Virus record (IMG/VR): IMGVR_UViG_3300033150_001234
Location: 1-64,000 of that record
Reading direction: 5' to 3' (one strand)
Origin: a virus
DNA: 64,000 nt
This document shows, one piece after another, positions 9,617 through 20,131 of the stretch. The notes beneath the pieces are model-generated. The model did not search any database. It had not been told where the DNA came from and worked only from the letters and a program-made list of their open reading frames with translations. How positions within the stretch are numbered: position 1 is the stretch's first letter; every line of letters begins with the position of its first letter. The translations under genes were made by a program, and so were the position numbers.

Positions 9617-9877
9617 GTAAGTAATAAATTAAGATAAGAAAGGAGATACATAATGGATTTGATTCAAGGTCGAGCAGTAGTAGTTAATACACCAACAATG
9701 AATATCGTAGGATGTATTGTCGGTAAAGCTACAACTGACTTAACTCAAACATATATTGTAAAATGTCTTGACGATCAATTACCTAATTTAATTTACCCAT
9801 ACGATACTATGGTTGCACCAAGGGCTATTATTACAGTAAGGTGAGCCATTAGATGTAATTGCAAAAATGAATTTAGT

Positions 9878-9906
9878 TTGACTTTTTTGAAAAAGTAGTA
9901 TATAAT
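9878..9906 (+). promoter_or_regulatory. sigma70-like promoter
   Basis: TTGACT-17 nt-TATAAT followed by AGGAGG RBS. Confidence 0.8.
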
Positions 9907-9929
9907 TAAATAAAGGAGGGTGAGAAAAG

Positions 9930-10727
9930 ATGGTAGAAGAAATTAAAAACAATTGGGATTTTCCAGTAGAATTAAAGGAGTTAAAAGTAAACAGTGCATC
10001 AAACGGTAAGATTGTTAGAACACACAATGCTGTTGTAGATGCAGAAACTCAAGAAGTTTTAGGCGTTGTGAGAAAGAATTATAATTTGATTCAAACACGC
10101 GATATCAATAATGCAATAATTGAATCAAACTCCGGATTGCAATTGACAGATGCGCATCTTGTGAGAAATAGAGGTTTAATTGTGATGGATTACAAGCTAG
10201 ACGAACAACATGATGTTGAAATAAAGGGAATCGAGCCAAATGACAGGATAAATTTCGGGATTAGGATTTATAACCCATTTGATTATCGATTCGGGAGTCA
10301 AAGAGGAAGCGCTTTTGCAAATAGATTGGTTTGTACAAATGGGATGACGATTCCGAAAGCCGTAGGAAGATTTAATCTAAAGGACCTGGCGGGATTTGAC
10401 TCGGCGGCAATCCGCAATGCAGTTGTGGGAAGATTGAAACCAATAACAGATACCGCAAAAGTATGGAATAAATGGGCACAGACAACGCCCACAGTTGATA
10501 AAGTAAATCAGTTCATAGGTGACAACGTTCATAGTAAGAAGGTTCGGGAGGCATTATCAAGCGAATATGTAAAGGGTAAAGATAAGTCGGTTTGGGGGTT
10601 ATATAACTTAATTACGTATTATATAACCCATCAGGCAACAACCCGAAATATTGATATGCTCACTGTGAAGCAGGAATATTTGCATGCAACGATTGGAAAT
10701 CTATATGATGTTGAACATTGGAATTAA
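9930..10727 (+). CDS. DUF932/DUF945-family protein
   Basis: VLGVV...Y.LIQ, IYNPFD, RLVCTNGM, SVWGLYNLITYYITH. Confidence 0.85.
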   Translation: MVEEIKNNWDFPVELKELKVNSASNGKIVRTHNAVVDAETQEVLGVVRKNYNLIQTRDINNAIIESNSGLQLTDAHLVRNRGLIVMDYKLDEQHDVEIKGIEPNDRINFGIRIYNPFDYRFGSQRGSAFANRLVCTNGMTIPKAVGRFNLKDLAGFDSAAIRNAVVGRLKPITDTAKVWNKWAQTTPTVDKVNQFIGDNVHSKKVREALSSEYVKGKDKSVWGLYNLITYYITHQATTRNIDMLTVKQEYLHATIGNLYDVEHWN

Positions 10728-10731
10728 AAAT

Positions 10732-10810
10732 AATATCGTAGTTTAATGGTAAAATAACTCAAAGGGTTTACCCAGCTGAGAAGATATGAGTTCGAATCTC
10801 ATCGATATTT
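10732..10810 (+). ncRNA. tRNA-like element with aberrant, elongated anticodon arm
   Basis: Acceptor AATATCG/CGATATT, T8A9, D arm GTTT-AATGGTA-AAAT, T arm ATGAG-TTCGAAT-CTCAT; 15-nt loop in place of the 7-nt anticodon loop; no encoded CCA. Confidence 0.8.
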
Positions 10811-11420
10811 CTATATTATTTATATTGAGGACATAGAGAGGATTAAGATGAATAAAATAATAGAACAAGATGTAATTTTAAGGTCAAACGTAGACATGTC
10901 AGGCTGCTTAACTAAGGGAAGGTTATATAGGGGAAGAACTGAAAAAAATATAGTTGATATTCAATTTATATTTGTAAATGATATAGGTAATTTACGTAGT
11001 TGGCCTATTTCTCATTTTGAAAGGAAATAATAATGGGTAAAGGATTTGCATGTGGTAGTTGCGAACATTTAATTCAAGGAAAAGAACCTTTACCTAAATG
11101 GTGGTATTGTAAAAAATATGAAGTATTTTTAAATACCCAGCCAAGAATGTATTTAGAAACAGCTACAAGAATTAATGAGTGTGTACAAGGAGAAAGTGGT
11201 ATATAATATATTAAAAGAAAGGTACTAAAATGTCTAAAAATTTAACAATTAAAGAAGCAAAAGAAAAAGGATATGAAATAGATGAAATATGTTATCCGCA
11301 TGTAGGATATAAGGGACCAAGATTTAACCCTATTGAAATAGTAGAAGTATATACTAAATTAGAAACAGAGTTAAAAGACGCTTTAATTGAACTAGGGGCG
11401 AATCATTAAGGATTTTAAGT

Positions 11421-12404
11421 ATGATAAAAGAACAAATAATTCTTAAAACAATATTTGGTAGTCATTTATACGGTACGGATACTCCTGAATCAGATAAGGA
11501 TTACAAGGTAATTTACGTGCCAAGTAAACGGGATATCCTTTTAAATAAAAATTTATATACTTCTAAACATGAACAAACCAAGGTAGGTGAAGGAAAAAAT
11601 ACAAAAGATGATACTGATATAGAATACATACCATTACATCAATTTATTAAATTAGCTTGTCAGGGTGATACAATGGCATTAGATTTATTACATGTACCAG
11701 AAAGTATAATATTAGAAAAGAATTATATTTGGGATGAAATTCAAAAAAGAAGACAAACATTTTATACAAAAAATTTAAAAGCATTTGTAGGTTATGCAAG
11801 AAAACAAGCCTCTAAATATGGTATAAAAGGAAGTAGATTGGATACCTGTAAAAAGGTAATGGATATATTAAAATCAGAATCCGAGGAAACACGTGTTAGA
11901 CAGGTATTCGATAACATACCTGAATGGGAACATACTCATAAGTTAGTTAATAAAAATGGAATAAGGGAATTAAAAGTATGCGGTAAAACAATACAAGAAA
12001 CACAATCATGTGAATATGCATATGATATTATAAGAAGATATTATTGCGAATATGGTACAAGGGCAAAAGATGCTTCGGAAAATAAAAATATTGATTGGAA
12101 AGCAGTAAGTCATGCAATAAGAGCAGCATATGAAGTCTTAAGTATATATAATAATAATGAGATAGTATTTCCATTAGAACAAGCTGAATTTTTAAAGAAT
12201 GTGAAATTAGGTAAGTTAAATTATTTAATAAAAGTAGCACCAAAGTTAGAATCATTAATGGAAGAGATTGAAGAAAAATCTAAAACAGTAGATTTACCAG
12301 AAGAAGTAAATAAAGAATGGTGGGAGTATTGGTTAATGGAAACAGTTGAAAAATATTATTGGTGTGAAGAATATAACCCAGGAATAAGTATTAGCCAAAT
12401 ATGA
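11421..12404 (+). CDS. Pol-beta-fold nucleotidyltransferase (RlaP/YcgL/T4 NrdC.11-like)
   Basis: FGSHLYGTDTPESDKDYK, FVGYA..QA.KYG, DWKAVSHAIR. Confidence 0.88.
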   Translation: MIKEQIILKTIFGSHLYGTDTPESDKDYKVIYVPSKRDILLNKNLYTSKHEQTKVGEGKNTKDDTDIEYIPLHQFIKLACQGDTMALDLLHVPESIILEKNYIWDEIQKRRQTFYTKNLKAFVGYARKQASKYGIKGSRLDTCKKVMDILKSESEETRVRQVFDNIPEWEHTHKLVNKNGIRELKVCGKTIQETQSCEYAYDIIRRYYCEYGTRAKDASENKNIDWKAVSHAIRAAYEVLSIYNNNEIVFPLEQAEFLKNVKLGKLNYLIKVAPKLESLMEEIEEKSKTVDLPEEVNKEWWEYWLMETVEKYYWCEEYNPGISISQI

Positions 12405-12522
12405 AAAAAGTATTTCAAGAGTTATTACAAATTTTAAGGGAATGGTATTGTATAGTAAAAGGACATAATTGGTATTTCAATAAAGGTATAATAAAATGTA
12501 CAAGCTGTAGAAAGGTAAAAAA

Positions 12523-13047
12523 ATGAAATTAATTTATACAATAGAAAATACAAGAGAAATATTTATGCTAGTTGAAAGATTGTCAGGAATAGAACAATCA
12601 GAAAAGTGGCATCCGGAAGGAGATGCATTTCAACATACATTGCAGGTAGTAAACTGGGCATTTAAAGAAAGTGATGATATTGATTTAATATTAGCAGCAT
12701 TATTACATGATGTAGGTAAATTTAAGGGAACGTTAGGACATGATTTATATAGTGCCGAGATGATTGACAATTACGTTTCCCGGAAAACCTATTGGTTAGT
12801 AAAAAATCATATGAGAGTTCTTTGGTATATAGATGGTAAAATGAAAAGAAAGTTTAAGATAAGGGGATTAGTAGACCAACCATGGTTTCCATCAGCCGTT
12901 GAATTATATAGATGGGATAGGTTAGGTAGGGATTCACATATAATATTAGATTATGAAAAGTTAGTAATAATTTCTAAATTAAATAAGGCAGCAGAAAGAC
13001 ATTTTAAAAAGGGTTATGATTATGTGGGAGAAAATAAAACTAAGTGA
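12523..13047 (+). CDS. HD-domain protein (type seen in CCA-adding/RNA end-healing enzymes)
   Basis: Q..KWHPEGDAFQHT, AALLHDVGK, GH...SA, LVKNHM. Confidence 0.85.
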   Translation: MKLIYTIENTREIFMLVERLSGIEQSEKWHPEGDAFQHTLQVVNWAFKESDDIDLILAALLHDVGKFKGTLGHDLYSAEMIDNYVSRKTYWLVKNHMRVLWYIDGKMKRKFKIRGLVDQPWFPSAVELYRWDRLGRDSHIILDYEKLVIISKLNKAAERHFKKGYDYVGENKTK

Positions 13048-13438
13048 AGAAGAAAAATGGTTTAAATTAGGGTTTAAAAAATACGGTATAGATAGAACAG
13101 AAGATTTAATAAAAAAACACGCAGGATATACGAAGAGAAAAAAAGAAGAATTATTAGAAATTAGAAAAAAATTAATTCAAAAATTATTATGGAAAAATTA
13201 AGGGGGAGAAAATGATTAAAGTAGGTTTATTAAGAGTAGAAAAAATAGTAGAACATAAGGACGGTTCTATGAACGTTATTTTTATTATATCAACTGAATT
13301 AAAAAAATTCATTAGAGATTCTTATGGTAAAAGGAGATTTAGTCAAAAAATATTTAAAGAGTTTGTAATAGAGAGTATTTGTAATCATGCTAAGGAAGTG
13401 ATAAAGAAAGAAATAAAAAAGGAAAATGGTTTAAAAAC

Positions 13439-13966
13439 ATGATTATAAAATCTTTATTACTAATAATACTTGGTGGTTTAGTTTGGGCATGGAGAGGCTG
13501 GAGTAAACCTAAAAATATTGGTGGTTATTTAAGAGGATTTATAACCTCTTTAATAATGATAGGTTCTTATGTATATTGTTTTGGAGGAAATTGGGTAAAT
13601 ACCGGTATAGCAGTAGTAAATTTAACTGTCTTAGAAGGCATTTTAGGATATGGTGCAGTTTGTGCCATGTTAAATATACACTATTTAGCAGAATTATATG
13701 GCAAAGTACAAAAAGAAATATGGGTATATTTAGGATTAATTTCAATGAGTTATAGTTTATTACCTGCTTTATTCTTATTACCTGGAAAACATCCATTTGT
13801 ATATATAATAATAGCAATGGTAGGATTTACGGGCTTTCCTTTAGCAAAATATGTTGATATAAGGTTGAGAGAAAAGAATTTTAAGGGAGATGCATGGAAG
13901 ATAGCCGAAGCAATTATAGGTATAACAATAATTATAAGTTGGATTGCAGGGAGGTTTTTACAATGA
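13439..13966 (+). CDS. Multi-pass membrane protein
   Basis: Several hydrophobic segments; W..AEAIIG near C-terminus. Confidence 0.7.
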   Translation: MIIKSLLLIILGGLVWAWRGWSKPKNIGGYLRGFITSLIMIGSYVYCFGGNWVNTGIAVVNLTVLEGILGYGAVCAMLNIHYLAELYGKVQKEIWVYLGLISMSYSLLPALFLLPGKHPFVYIIIAMVGFTGFPLAKYVDIRLREKNFKGDAWKIAEAIIGITIIISWIAGRFLQ

Positions 13967-14119
13967 TACAAGATTTGATAATAGACGAAGAATTAAAAAG
14001 GATAAAGCGAAATGTAGAAGATTTAGAACTAAAAAGTAAATGGGGTACTAATATGAATACTGCATTAGAAGCCGATGAAGAATTAGAACAAATTTATAAT
14101 AAATTAAAGGAGGTATAAA

Positions 14120-14830
14120 ATGCCATATGTACCGAGTGAGAAAACTAAAAATCCAAGTGGAATAGTAAAAGATGGAAAAGCACAGGATAGAATATTAATT
14201 GATAGAGATGTAAAAGCATTATCTGGAGTAATGGCTAATTATATTAATACTAATAATGATATTGCTAAACAATTATTTTGGTCATTTAAAGTCATAGGTA
14301 AGTATCTTCAGGGTAAAAGATTTTCAAACGCTGGAATAGCAGAAGAAAAATTAGCAGAAACCATTAAACAAGTAGGAGATGCTTATAAATACGAGGGAGC
14401 TTTTTTAGGTGAGTTAAATTATGCTATTACTCGATTAATTCAGGAAGTACCAAAAAGATTAGTTGAAAAAGAAAAACAGAAAAGTGAATTGAGATATTTT
14501 ATTTATGCTTTAACAGTAGAAGCATTAGTAAGAGCAGCTAATTATTTTAATAACAAAGAAGAAATGATAGGTATTGGTGGAGTATTTACAGATATTAAAG
14601 ACGAATATAAACGTAGAGTAAACCCGGCATATGAGGCAGCACAAATTGTTAAGTCGGGTGATTGTTATGACACCCCTTATCTCACCAAGTTGATTGAGGT
14701 TGTAGACCAAAATGGAGATGTCATAGGCCACCAAGAAGTTATGATTAAAAGAGAAGATGACAATGGTTTAGATGTATTTGGAGGTATAAAAATTCAAATA
14801 TACTCTGAAGGATTGAGAGAAGAAAAATGA
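14120..14830 (+). CDS. Conserved phage protein (DUF6899-like)
   Basis: MPY...GELNYAITRL...EYKRRV.PAYE...I.K.GD. Confidence 0.55.
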   Translation: MPYVPSEKTKNPSGIVKDGKAQDRILIDRDVKALSGVMANYINTNNDIAKQLFWSFKVIGKYLQGKRFSNAGIAEEKLAETIKQVGDAYKYEGAFLGELNYAITRLIQEVPKRLVEKEKQKSELRYFIYALTVEALVRAANYFNNKEEMIGIGGVFTDIKDEYKRRVNPAYEAAQIVKSGDCYDTPYLTKLIEVVDQNGDVIGHQEVMIKREDDNGLDVFGGIKIQIYSEGLREEK

Positions 14831-15057
14831 CAAGTTTAGACATAATTAAAATATTAGATATTATAGCAAGTATATTGATAGTTCTTAGTTTAAACTTAGT
14901 GGTTAAGGGTTATAAATGGTGGTTGCTATATATCTTTTCAAATATTTTCTTTATTATAGTAGTAGCCTCAAAAGGATTAATGGGAATGACAGTAATGGGT
15001 TCTATATTAATGTGCACAGGTATAAAAAATTATATAGTGGGTAGGAAAAATGGATAA
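14827..15057 (+). CDS. Small PnuC-like three-helix membrane protein
   Basis: Three hydrophobic helices, WLL.I.SN motif, G..NY end. Confidence 0.5.
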   Translation: MTSLDIIKILDIIASILIVLSLNLVVKGYKWWLLYIFSNIFFIIVVASKGLMGMTVMGSILMCTGIKNYIVGRKNG

Positions 15058-15583
15058 TCCGAAATTTGCATACTGGCAAGTAGACATTGATACTGTGATT
15101 GAAGTATTTGAATTAGCAAAGAGTCACGGTAAAAAGCAGGGTGACAACTGTCAAGAGGAGTTTGAAGAAGTACTTAAAAAGAAGAAAGATAAATTTAAGT
15201 TATTAGGAACAGGGAGTAAGGATTTAGATTTACTTACAGGTGACTTAAGGGAGCAGGGTAAAAAAGTATTCAATTTAAACGAATGGGAACGACGGCAAAA
15301 GAAGGAAGAAAATGAAAATTAGATTAGGTGAGTTGATAAAGTTACCAGAGAAAGTGAATAAAAGAGATAGGTTCGATAAGGAGATGCCCTTGTCTTACCA
15401 TAGTTGGAATAAAGCTATCGACAAAATCTCAAACATAGAGGTAGAGGTTGATAAGGCTGAATTAATGTTATTAATGGATAAGTTATCTATAAATGATTTT
15501 TTAGCAAATAAGGAAATAGATATAATAGCCAATAACATAAACTCAATAATAAAGACGGTGACAAAATAGAGAGAATAAAATAA

Positions 15584-16210
15584 ATGCAAAAATTTAACTA
15601 TAAAAAACTCATAGGCGGTCTTACAGATATAAGGAGTAAGACAGATTGGGCGAAAGATTTTGTCCAGATATTTAATCTCCGCAAGTTATTTATGTATATA
15701 ATAATAATAGGATTATTCGCCGGATATTTTTATTGGAAGGGATTACAGAATACAGAAGCAATAATTGATATAGGATATAAGGATGAAATAACGATGTCGG
15801 CACCGAAAGGATATGAATATCTTGAAGCATTAGCAGTGCATAAATCTAAGGATTCAAACAAATGGGATTGGATTAACGCGGACAATAAGGACATATATGC
15901 TAAAGTAAAGGTGGGAGACATACCACAATCAGCTAAATTACGCTCATATGGCTTTGAGAACAAACTTATTGGATTTTATGGTGTTGGTTCAGGATTAACT
16001 TATACAGGAGTTGAAGCTGGGGTTGGATATAGATTTGCTCGGCTATGGCAATTTAGGTCTGAATTAATTGCTACAAATAAAGGTGGGTATATTTCAGTTA
16101 GTTATAAAATTAAAAAGTTTATATTTGAGAATACATATATAGGTGTAGGTATTGGTAAAGGATATAAAGGGGATGATAGAGGTATAATTGGGTTTAACGT
16201 GGAGTTTTAA
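15584..16210 (+). CDS. Membrane-anchored protein with beta-strand-rich C-terminus ending in Phe
   Basis: TM LFMYIIIIGLFAGYFYW; Gly/aromatic amphipathic strands; terminal GIIGFNVEF. Confidence 0.6.
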   Translation: MQKFNYKKLIGGLTDIRSKTDWAKDFVQIFNLRKLFMYIIIIGLFAGYFYWKGLQNTEAIIDIGYKDEITMSAPKGYEYLEALAVHKSKDSNKWDWINADNKDIYAKVKVGDIPQSAKLRSYGFENKLIGFYGVGSGLTYTGVEAGVGYRFARLWQFRSELIATNKGGYISVSYKIKKFIFENTYIGVGIGKGYKGDDRGIIGFNVEF

Positions 16211-16524
16211 TTATGTGGCGAATAACTATAAAATATAGAGATAATAAAAAAGATGATATTATAGAAGAACAAGATTACCGTAAAGCTTATCAAGAGGCAA
16301 ATGTATGGGGTGGAAATATTAAAAGCGTTCATGTAAAGGAAATAAAATAATATGTTAAAAACTGATTGGGAATATACCTATATTGATAATTTTAAAAATC
16401 TAAATAAAACAATAGAACCAATGAATTGGAAATCCTTTGAATATTATTTTCGATTATATATTGGTGCAGGAAAAGTTAGTATAAAGGTTAAAGAAGGTGC
16501 AATATTAATTGAAAGGCTTAAAAA

Positions 16525-16893
16525 ATGATTAAAGAAGTTACTAAACTTTGGGGGAAAGAAGAGTGGTTAGTCAATAATGAAGTTTATTGTGCTAAGTATC
16601 TAAATTTAATAAGGGGCTATCAATGTAGTTTACATTTTCATAAAATAAAGGATGAAACTTTTTATGTAGTAGAAGGTGTAGTTAAGTTAGAAGTTTTGAA
16701 ATCAATGCAGCCATGTGATATATATAATAAAAATACGGTTATGATGAATAAGGGGGAACAATTTAGACTTAGACCCGGTACAATACATAGATTCAGTGCG
16801 TACACTCCTAAGGCAAAAATATTAGAAATAAGTACAACTCACTTTGATTCGGATAGTTACCGTATAAAAAAGGCTTGTAAAATAAAGGTGTAA
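16525..16893 (+). CDS. Cupin, mannose-6-phosphate/D-lyxose isomerase-like
   Basis: KLWGKEEW, CSLHFHKIKDETFYV, PGTIHRF, EIST...DSYR. Confidence 0.88.
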   Translation: MIKEVTKLWGKEEWLVNNEVYCAKYLNLIRGYQCSLHFHKIKDETFYVVEGVVKLEVLKSMQPCDIYNKNTVMMNKGEQFRLRPGTIHRFSAYTPKAKILEISTTHFDSDSYRIKKACKIKV

Positions 16894-17306
16894 AGAAATG
16901 ATTATTAAGGTATTGGAATCGATGTGAAGAGAAAAGTATGTAGTTTATTAACCGAAAGATATTGGGAGAAAAGGTGATGACACCATATTATTTAATTGTA
17001 CTTTTGGGATGTTTAGTATTATTGGCATTATGTGATTGGTTAGAAAGTAAGGGGTGGTAAATGTATAGTAAGCAAAAAATATTTGATACTATATTAGGAT
17101 TTATAGTTTTATTAATTTTACCTGTAATAGTTTATGAGGTAACCTTATTTTCAATTCCATTAGGTTTAGCAATAATAGTTTTTATATTTCAAATTATGGC
17201 TATAATAATAGTAGAAAAAATTAAAGAGGTGAAAGAAACTGGACCTAAAAAAGAATCTTTTCGAATGTTCAATGTGCAAACAGATGATGAATTTAGAGGA
17301 TAGAAA

Positions 17307-18383
17307 ATGATAAAACCCAATATTGACTTATTAAAAAATTTAATGACAGTACCTTGTCCCAGTGGCTTTGAAGAAAAATTAGCAACTTATATTATAAAAT
17401 ATTTTAAAAATAAAAGGGGGAAAACATATATAGTCGAAAAAGATTTTCAAAATAATGTTATAGTAACTATTCCCGGTAAGGGTAAGGGTACAATAATGAT
17501 AGATGCCCATTTAGATGAAATAGGTTTTGTAGTAACAAATATTGACAGGGATGGTTTAATAAGTTTACAGTATATAGGTGGAGGGGATAGTAGTATTATA
17601 AGTGCAAGAGAGTTGATAATATTAACAGAAAAAGGAATTATTAATGCAGTTGTAAATAGAAAACATTCTCATTTAGTTACAGATGAAGAAGACGAAAATA
17701 TAATAAATATTCAAGATGCTCAAGTAGATATTGGACTTAGGGGAAGAAAGGCAGTATCAAGGGTTGTAAAAATTGGCGACCCTATAATTTATAAATCAAC
17801 GTTATTTCCATTATTGGGAAATGCATTATCAGGATATGGTTTTGATGATAAATCAGGCTGTTATATTTTAATGAGAGCGATTGAAGAATTAAGAAAAATG
17901 AAAAGAAAACCAATTCCTACATTAATATTTACTTTTAGTGCCCAAGAAGAAACTTGGGGCAGTAAAGCACATCCGTTGGTAATGAAATATAATCCAGATT
18001 TATTTATAGAGGTAGATGTAACATTTGCTACTGATTATGGTACTAATGATGAAATGGAAAGAGAAGTAGGTAGATGTAGATTGGGTCAAGGAATAGTATT
18101 ATATAGGGGCGTAGATATACATAAGGAAGGATTAAAGATAGCTGAGGGAGTAGCTAGAAGAAATAAAATAAAAATACAATATCAAGCAAGTACGGGTATG
18201 GCAGGTTATACTGCGACTGAAGTTACTAAATTATTAGGTACAAGAGCAATGATAGTAGGTATTCCATTAAGAAATATGCACTCCCCGGTAGAAATTATAG
18301 ATATAAGAGATTTAGAAGCGGGTTCAAAATTATTAAGTTATTTTTTATTAAGTAAAAAATTAGCTAAAGTGTTAGAAAAATAG
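17307..18383 (+). CDS. M42 family metallo-aminopeptidase
   Basis: PSGFE, DAHLDEIG, DDKSG, AQEE, VDVTFA, IPLRNMHSPVE. Confidence 0.93.
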   Translation: MIKPNIDLLKNLMTVPCPSGFEEKLATYIIKYFKNKRGKTYIVEKDFQNNVIVTIPGKGKGTIMIDAHLDEIGFVVTNIDRDGLISLQYIGGGDSSIISARELIILTEKGIINAVVNRKHSHLVTDEEDENIINIQDAQVDIGLRGRKAVSRVVKIGDPIIYKSTLFPLLGNALSGYGFDDKSGCYILMRAIEELRKMKRKPIPTLIFTFSAQEETWGSKAHPLVMKYNPDLFIEVDVTFATDYGTNDEMEREVGRCRLGQGIVLYRGVDIHKEGLKIAEGVARRNKIKIQYQASTGMAGYTATEVTKLLGTRAMIVGIPLRNMHSPVEIIDIRDLEAGSKLLSYFLLSKKLAKVLEK

Positions 18384-18396
18384 ATATTTAAAAAGG

Positions 18397-18404
18397 TTTC
18401 TTTA
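18397..18404 (+). promoter_or_regulatory. Candidate late-promoter motif TTTCTTTA (also 29594, 36811, 47248)
   Basis: Same 8-mer in four intergenic gaps heading virion modules. Confidence 0.55.
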
Positions 18405-18409
18405 TAAAA

Positions 18410-20131
18410 ATGAGTATAAATAATTTATGGCAAGATTATTGTGATAAAGCAATTCAAAAAGAAGAAAGTAAAGATGAACTCTTTCTTATCAAACCGGTAT
18501 CGCCTGAGATATTTTTTAAAGAATGGTTAAAACCAGGCTTAAGTCCTGTACAGTTAGAAGCTATAAATAGTATTTTTAAGTTAAGCGATAAGGGTGAATT
18601 AGAATGGAATGACCAATTTCAGGAGTACCTCCTATTATGGGGGGAAGGGTCAGGCAAGGATTTTTTATGTTCAAGAATATTAATATATTGTGCATATTGG
18701 ATGATGTGCTTAAGAAATCCTCAACAACACTTTGGAATAGCTGACAATGAAAATATAGACTTAGTTAATGTTTCAGTTTCTGCAACACATGCAAAAGATA
18801 TCTTTTTTTATAAATTTACGAATGCTCTCAAGAATGTAGTGAATCCAGACACAGGAAAGAATTGGTTTGAAGAACAGGGAATGGATTTAAGAGATGGAAA
18901 AGATATCCAAGCACAAACTGTAAACTTTAAGAATAACATAAGAGCACACTCAAAACATTCTGAAAAGTATGCAGGAGAAGGCTTAAATGTTTTAATTGCA
19001 GTATTTGATGAGGTGGGTGAGTTTAAGGTTAAAAAAGCAAAAGCATTATACGAAGCTCTTTGGCATAATGAAACAAGTAGATATGGAAATAAATTCAAGT
19101 TGTTTTTAATCTCATATATGAGAGACCCATTTGATTTTATGATGCATCGCTGGAATCAAACTGTAAATGCGAAAGATGTATACAGGAGTTTAGAATGCAC
19201 TTGGGAAGTAAACCCATTAAAGAAAAAAGAAGATTTTAAAAAAGCTTACGAAAAAAATCCAGAAGATTCAGCAAGAAGATATGAAAATAAGGATATAGCA
19301 GGAGCAGGAAATAGGTTCTTTAAATATAAGGAAAGAATTGTTCAATTTGCTAATAAAACAAGAAATAGTCCTCTATCAACAGTTAAGGGATTATATACTG
19401 ATAATTTAATGAATGAATTATTTCATAAATGGTTTTTACCCAATACTACGGAAAAACATTATATATTAGTACAAAAAATTAAAAATAATGTAAGGTTAAC
19501 TGAGGAAGAGGTACGTTTAAAGAAATTATGGGACAAACAGCATACTGATAATAAATACCATGTGCATATTGATTTAGCAAAAGCTAATACTGAAGAATTT
19601 AAGCAGGATTGTGCAGGATTTGCTATGGTACATACTTTTCCTATAAACCCATTTGCAGAGGAAATAGAAAAAGGGATATACGTAGATTTAGCGATACAAT
19701 TGAGGGTAAAAAAGGGTGAGTTAGATTTTGAAATGGTACGTAAATTTATATATAGGTTACAGGATAAGGGTTTTACAATAGTAAAGGTTACATTAGATGG
19801 TTGGCAATCGGTTGATTTTATACAAAGATTACAGGATAGAGGTATTGAAGCAGAGGTTTTAAGTGTTGATAAGACATTAGAACCATATAATACTACGAAA
19901 GGATTGTTATATACTAAACAATTAGATTATTACCATTACCCAGTATTAATAAGGGAGTGGGAAGAATTAATAGTTGAAAAAAATAAGGTAGACCACCCTG
20001 AAATTTCAAATAGAAGAGCTTTAGAGGAAGATTTAGAGTACGGCAGTAAAGATGTTGCAGATGCAGTGGCGGGTGCTACTTATTCAGCATTAAAAGCAGA
20101 ACCGCAAAGTTCAAGTTGGTTCGGTATGTAA
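18410..20131 (+). CDS. terL: Terminase large subunit
   Basis: Walker A-like WGEGSGKD, Walker B IAVFDE, RNase H-like HIDLA, TLDGWQS, KVDHP, KDVADAV; directly upstream of portal. Confidence 0.93.
   Translation: MSINNLWQDYCDKAIQKEESKDELFLIKPVSPEIFFKEWLKPGLSPVQLEAINSIFKLSDKGELEWNDQFQEYLLLWGEGSGKDFLCSRILIYCAYWMMCLRNPQQHFGIADNENIDLVNVSVSATHAKDIFFYKFTNALKNVVNPDTGKNWFEEQGMDLRDGKDIQAQTVNFKNNIRAHSKHSEKYAGEGLNVLIAVFDEVGEFKVKKAKALYEALWHNETSRYGNKFKLFLISYMRDPFDFMMHRWNQTVNAKDVYRSLECTWEVNPLKKKEDFKKAYEKNPEDSARRYENKDIAGAGNRFFKYKERIVQFANKTRNSPLSTVKGLYTDNLMNELFHKWFLPNTTEKHYILVQKIKNNVRLTEEEVRLKKLWDKQHTDNKYHVHIDLAKANTEEFKQDCAGFAMVHTFPINPFAEEIEKGIYVDLAIQLRVKKGELDFEMVRKFIYRLQDKGFTIVKVTLDGWQSVDFIQRLQDRGIEAEVLSVDKTLEPYNTTKGLLYTKQLDYYHYPVLIREWEELIVEKNKVDHPEISNRRALEEDLEYGSKDVADAVAGATYSALKAEPQSSSWFGM

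Noticed and set aside
10755-10775. Selenocysteine/opal (TCA) or ochre (TTA) suppressor tRNA
   Set aside because: Neither triplet sits in a 7-nt loop on a proper anticodon stem, there is no long variable arm, and long genes show no in-frame stops suggesting recoding
16898-16977. GIGIDV resembling the AcpS N-terminus
   Set aside because: Preceded by an in-frame stop and only about 20 codons long; likely chance
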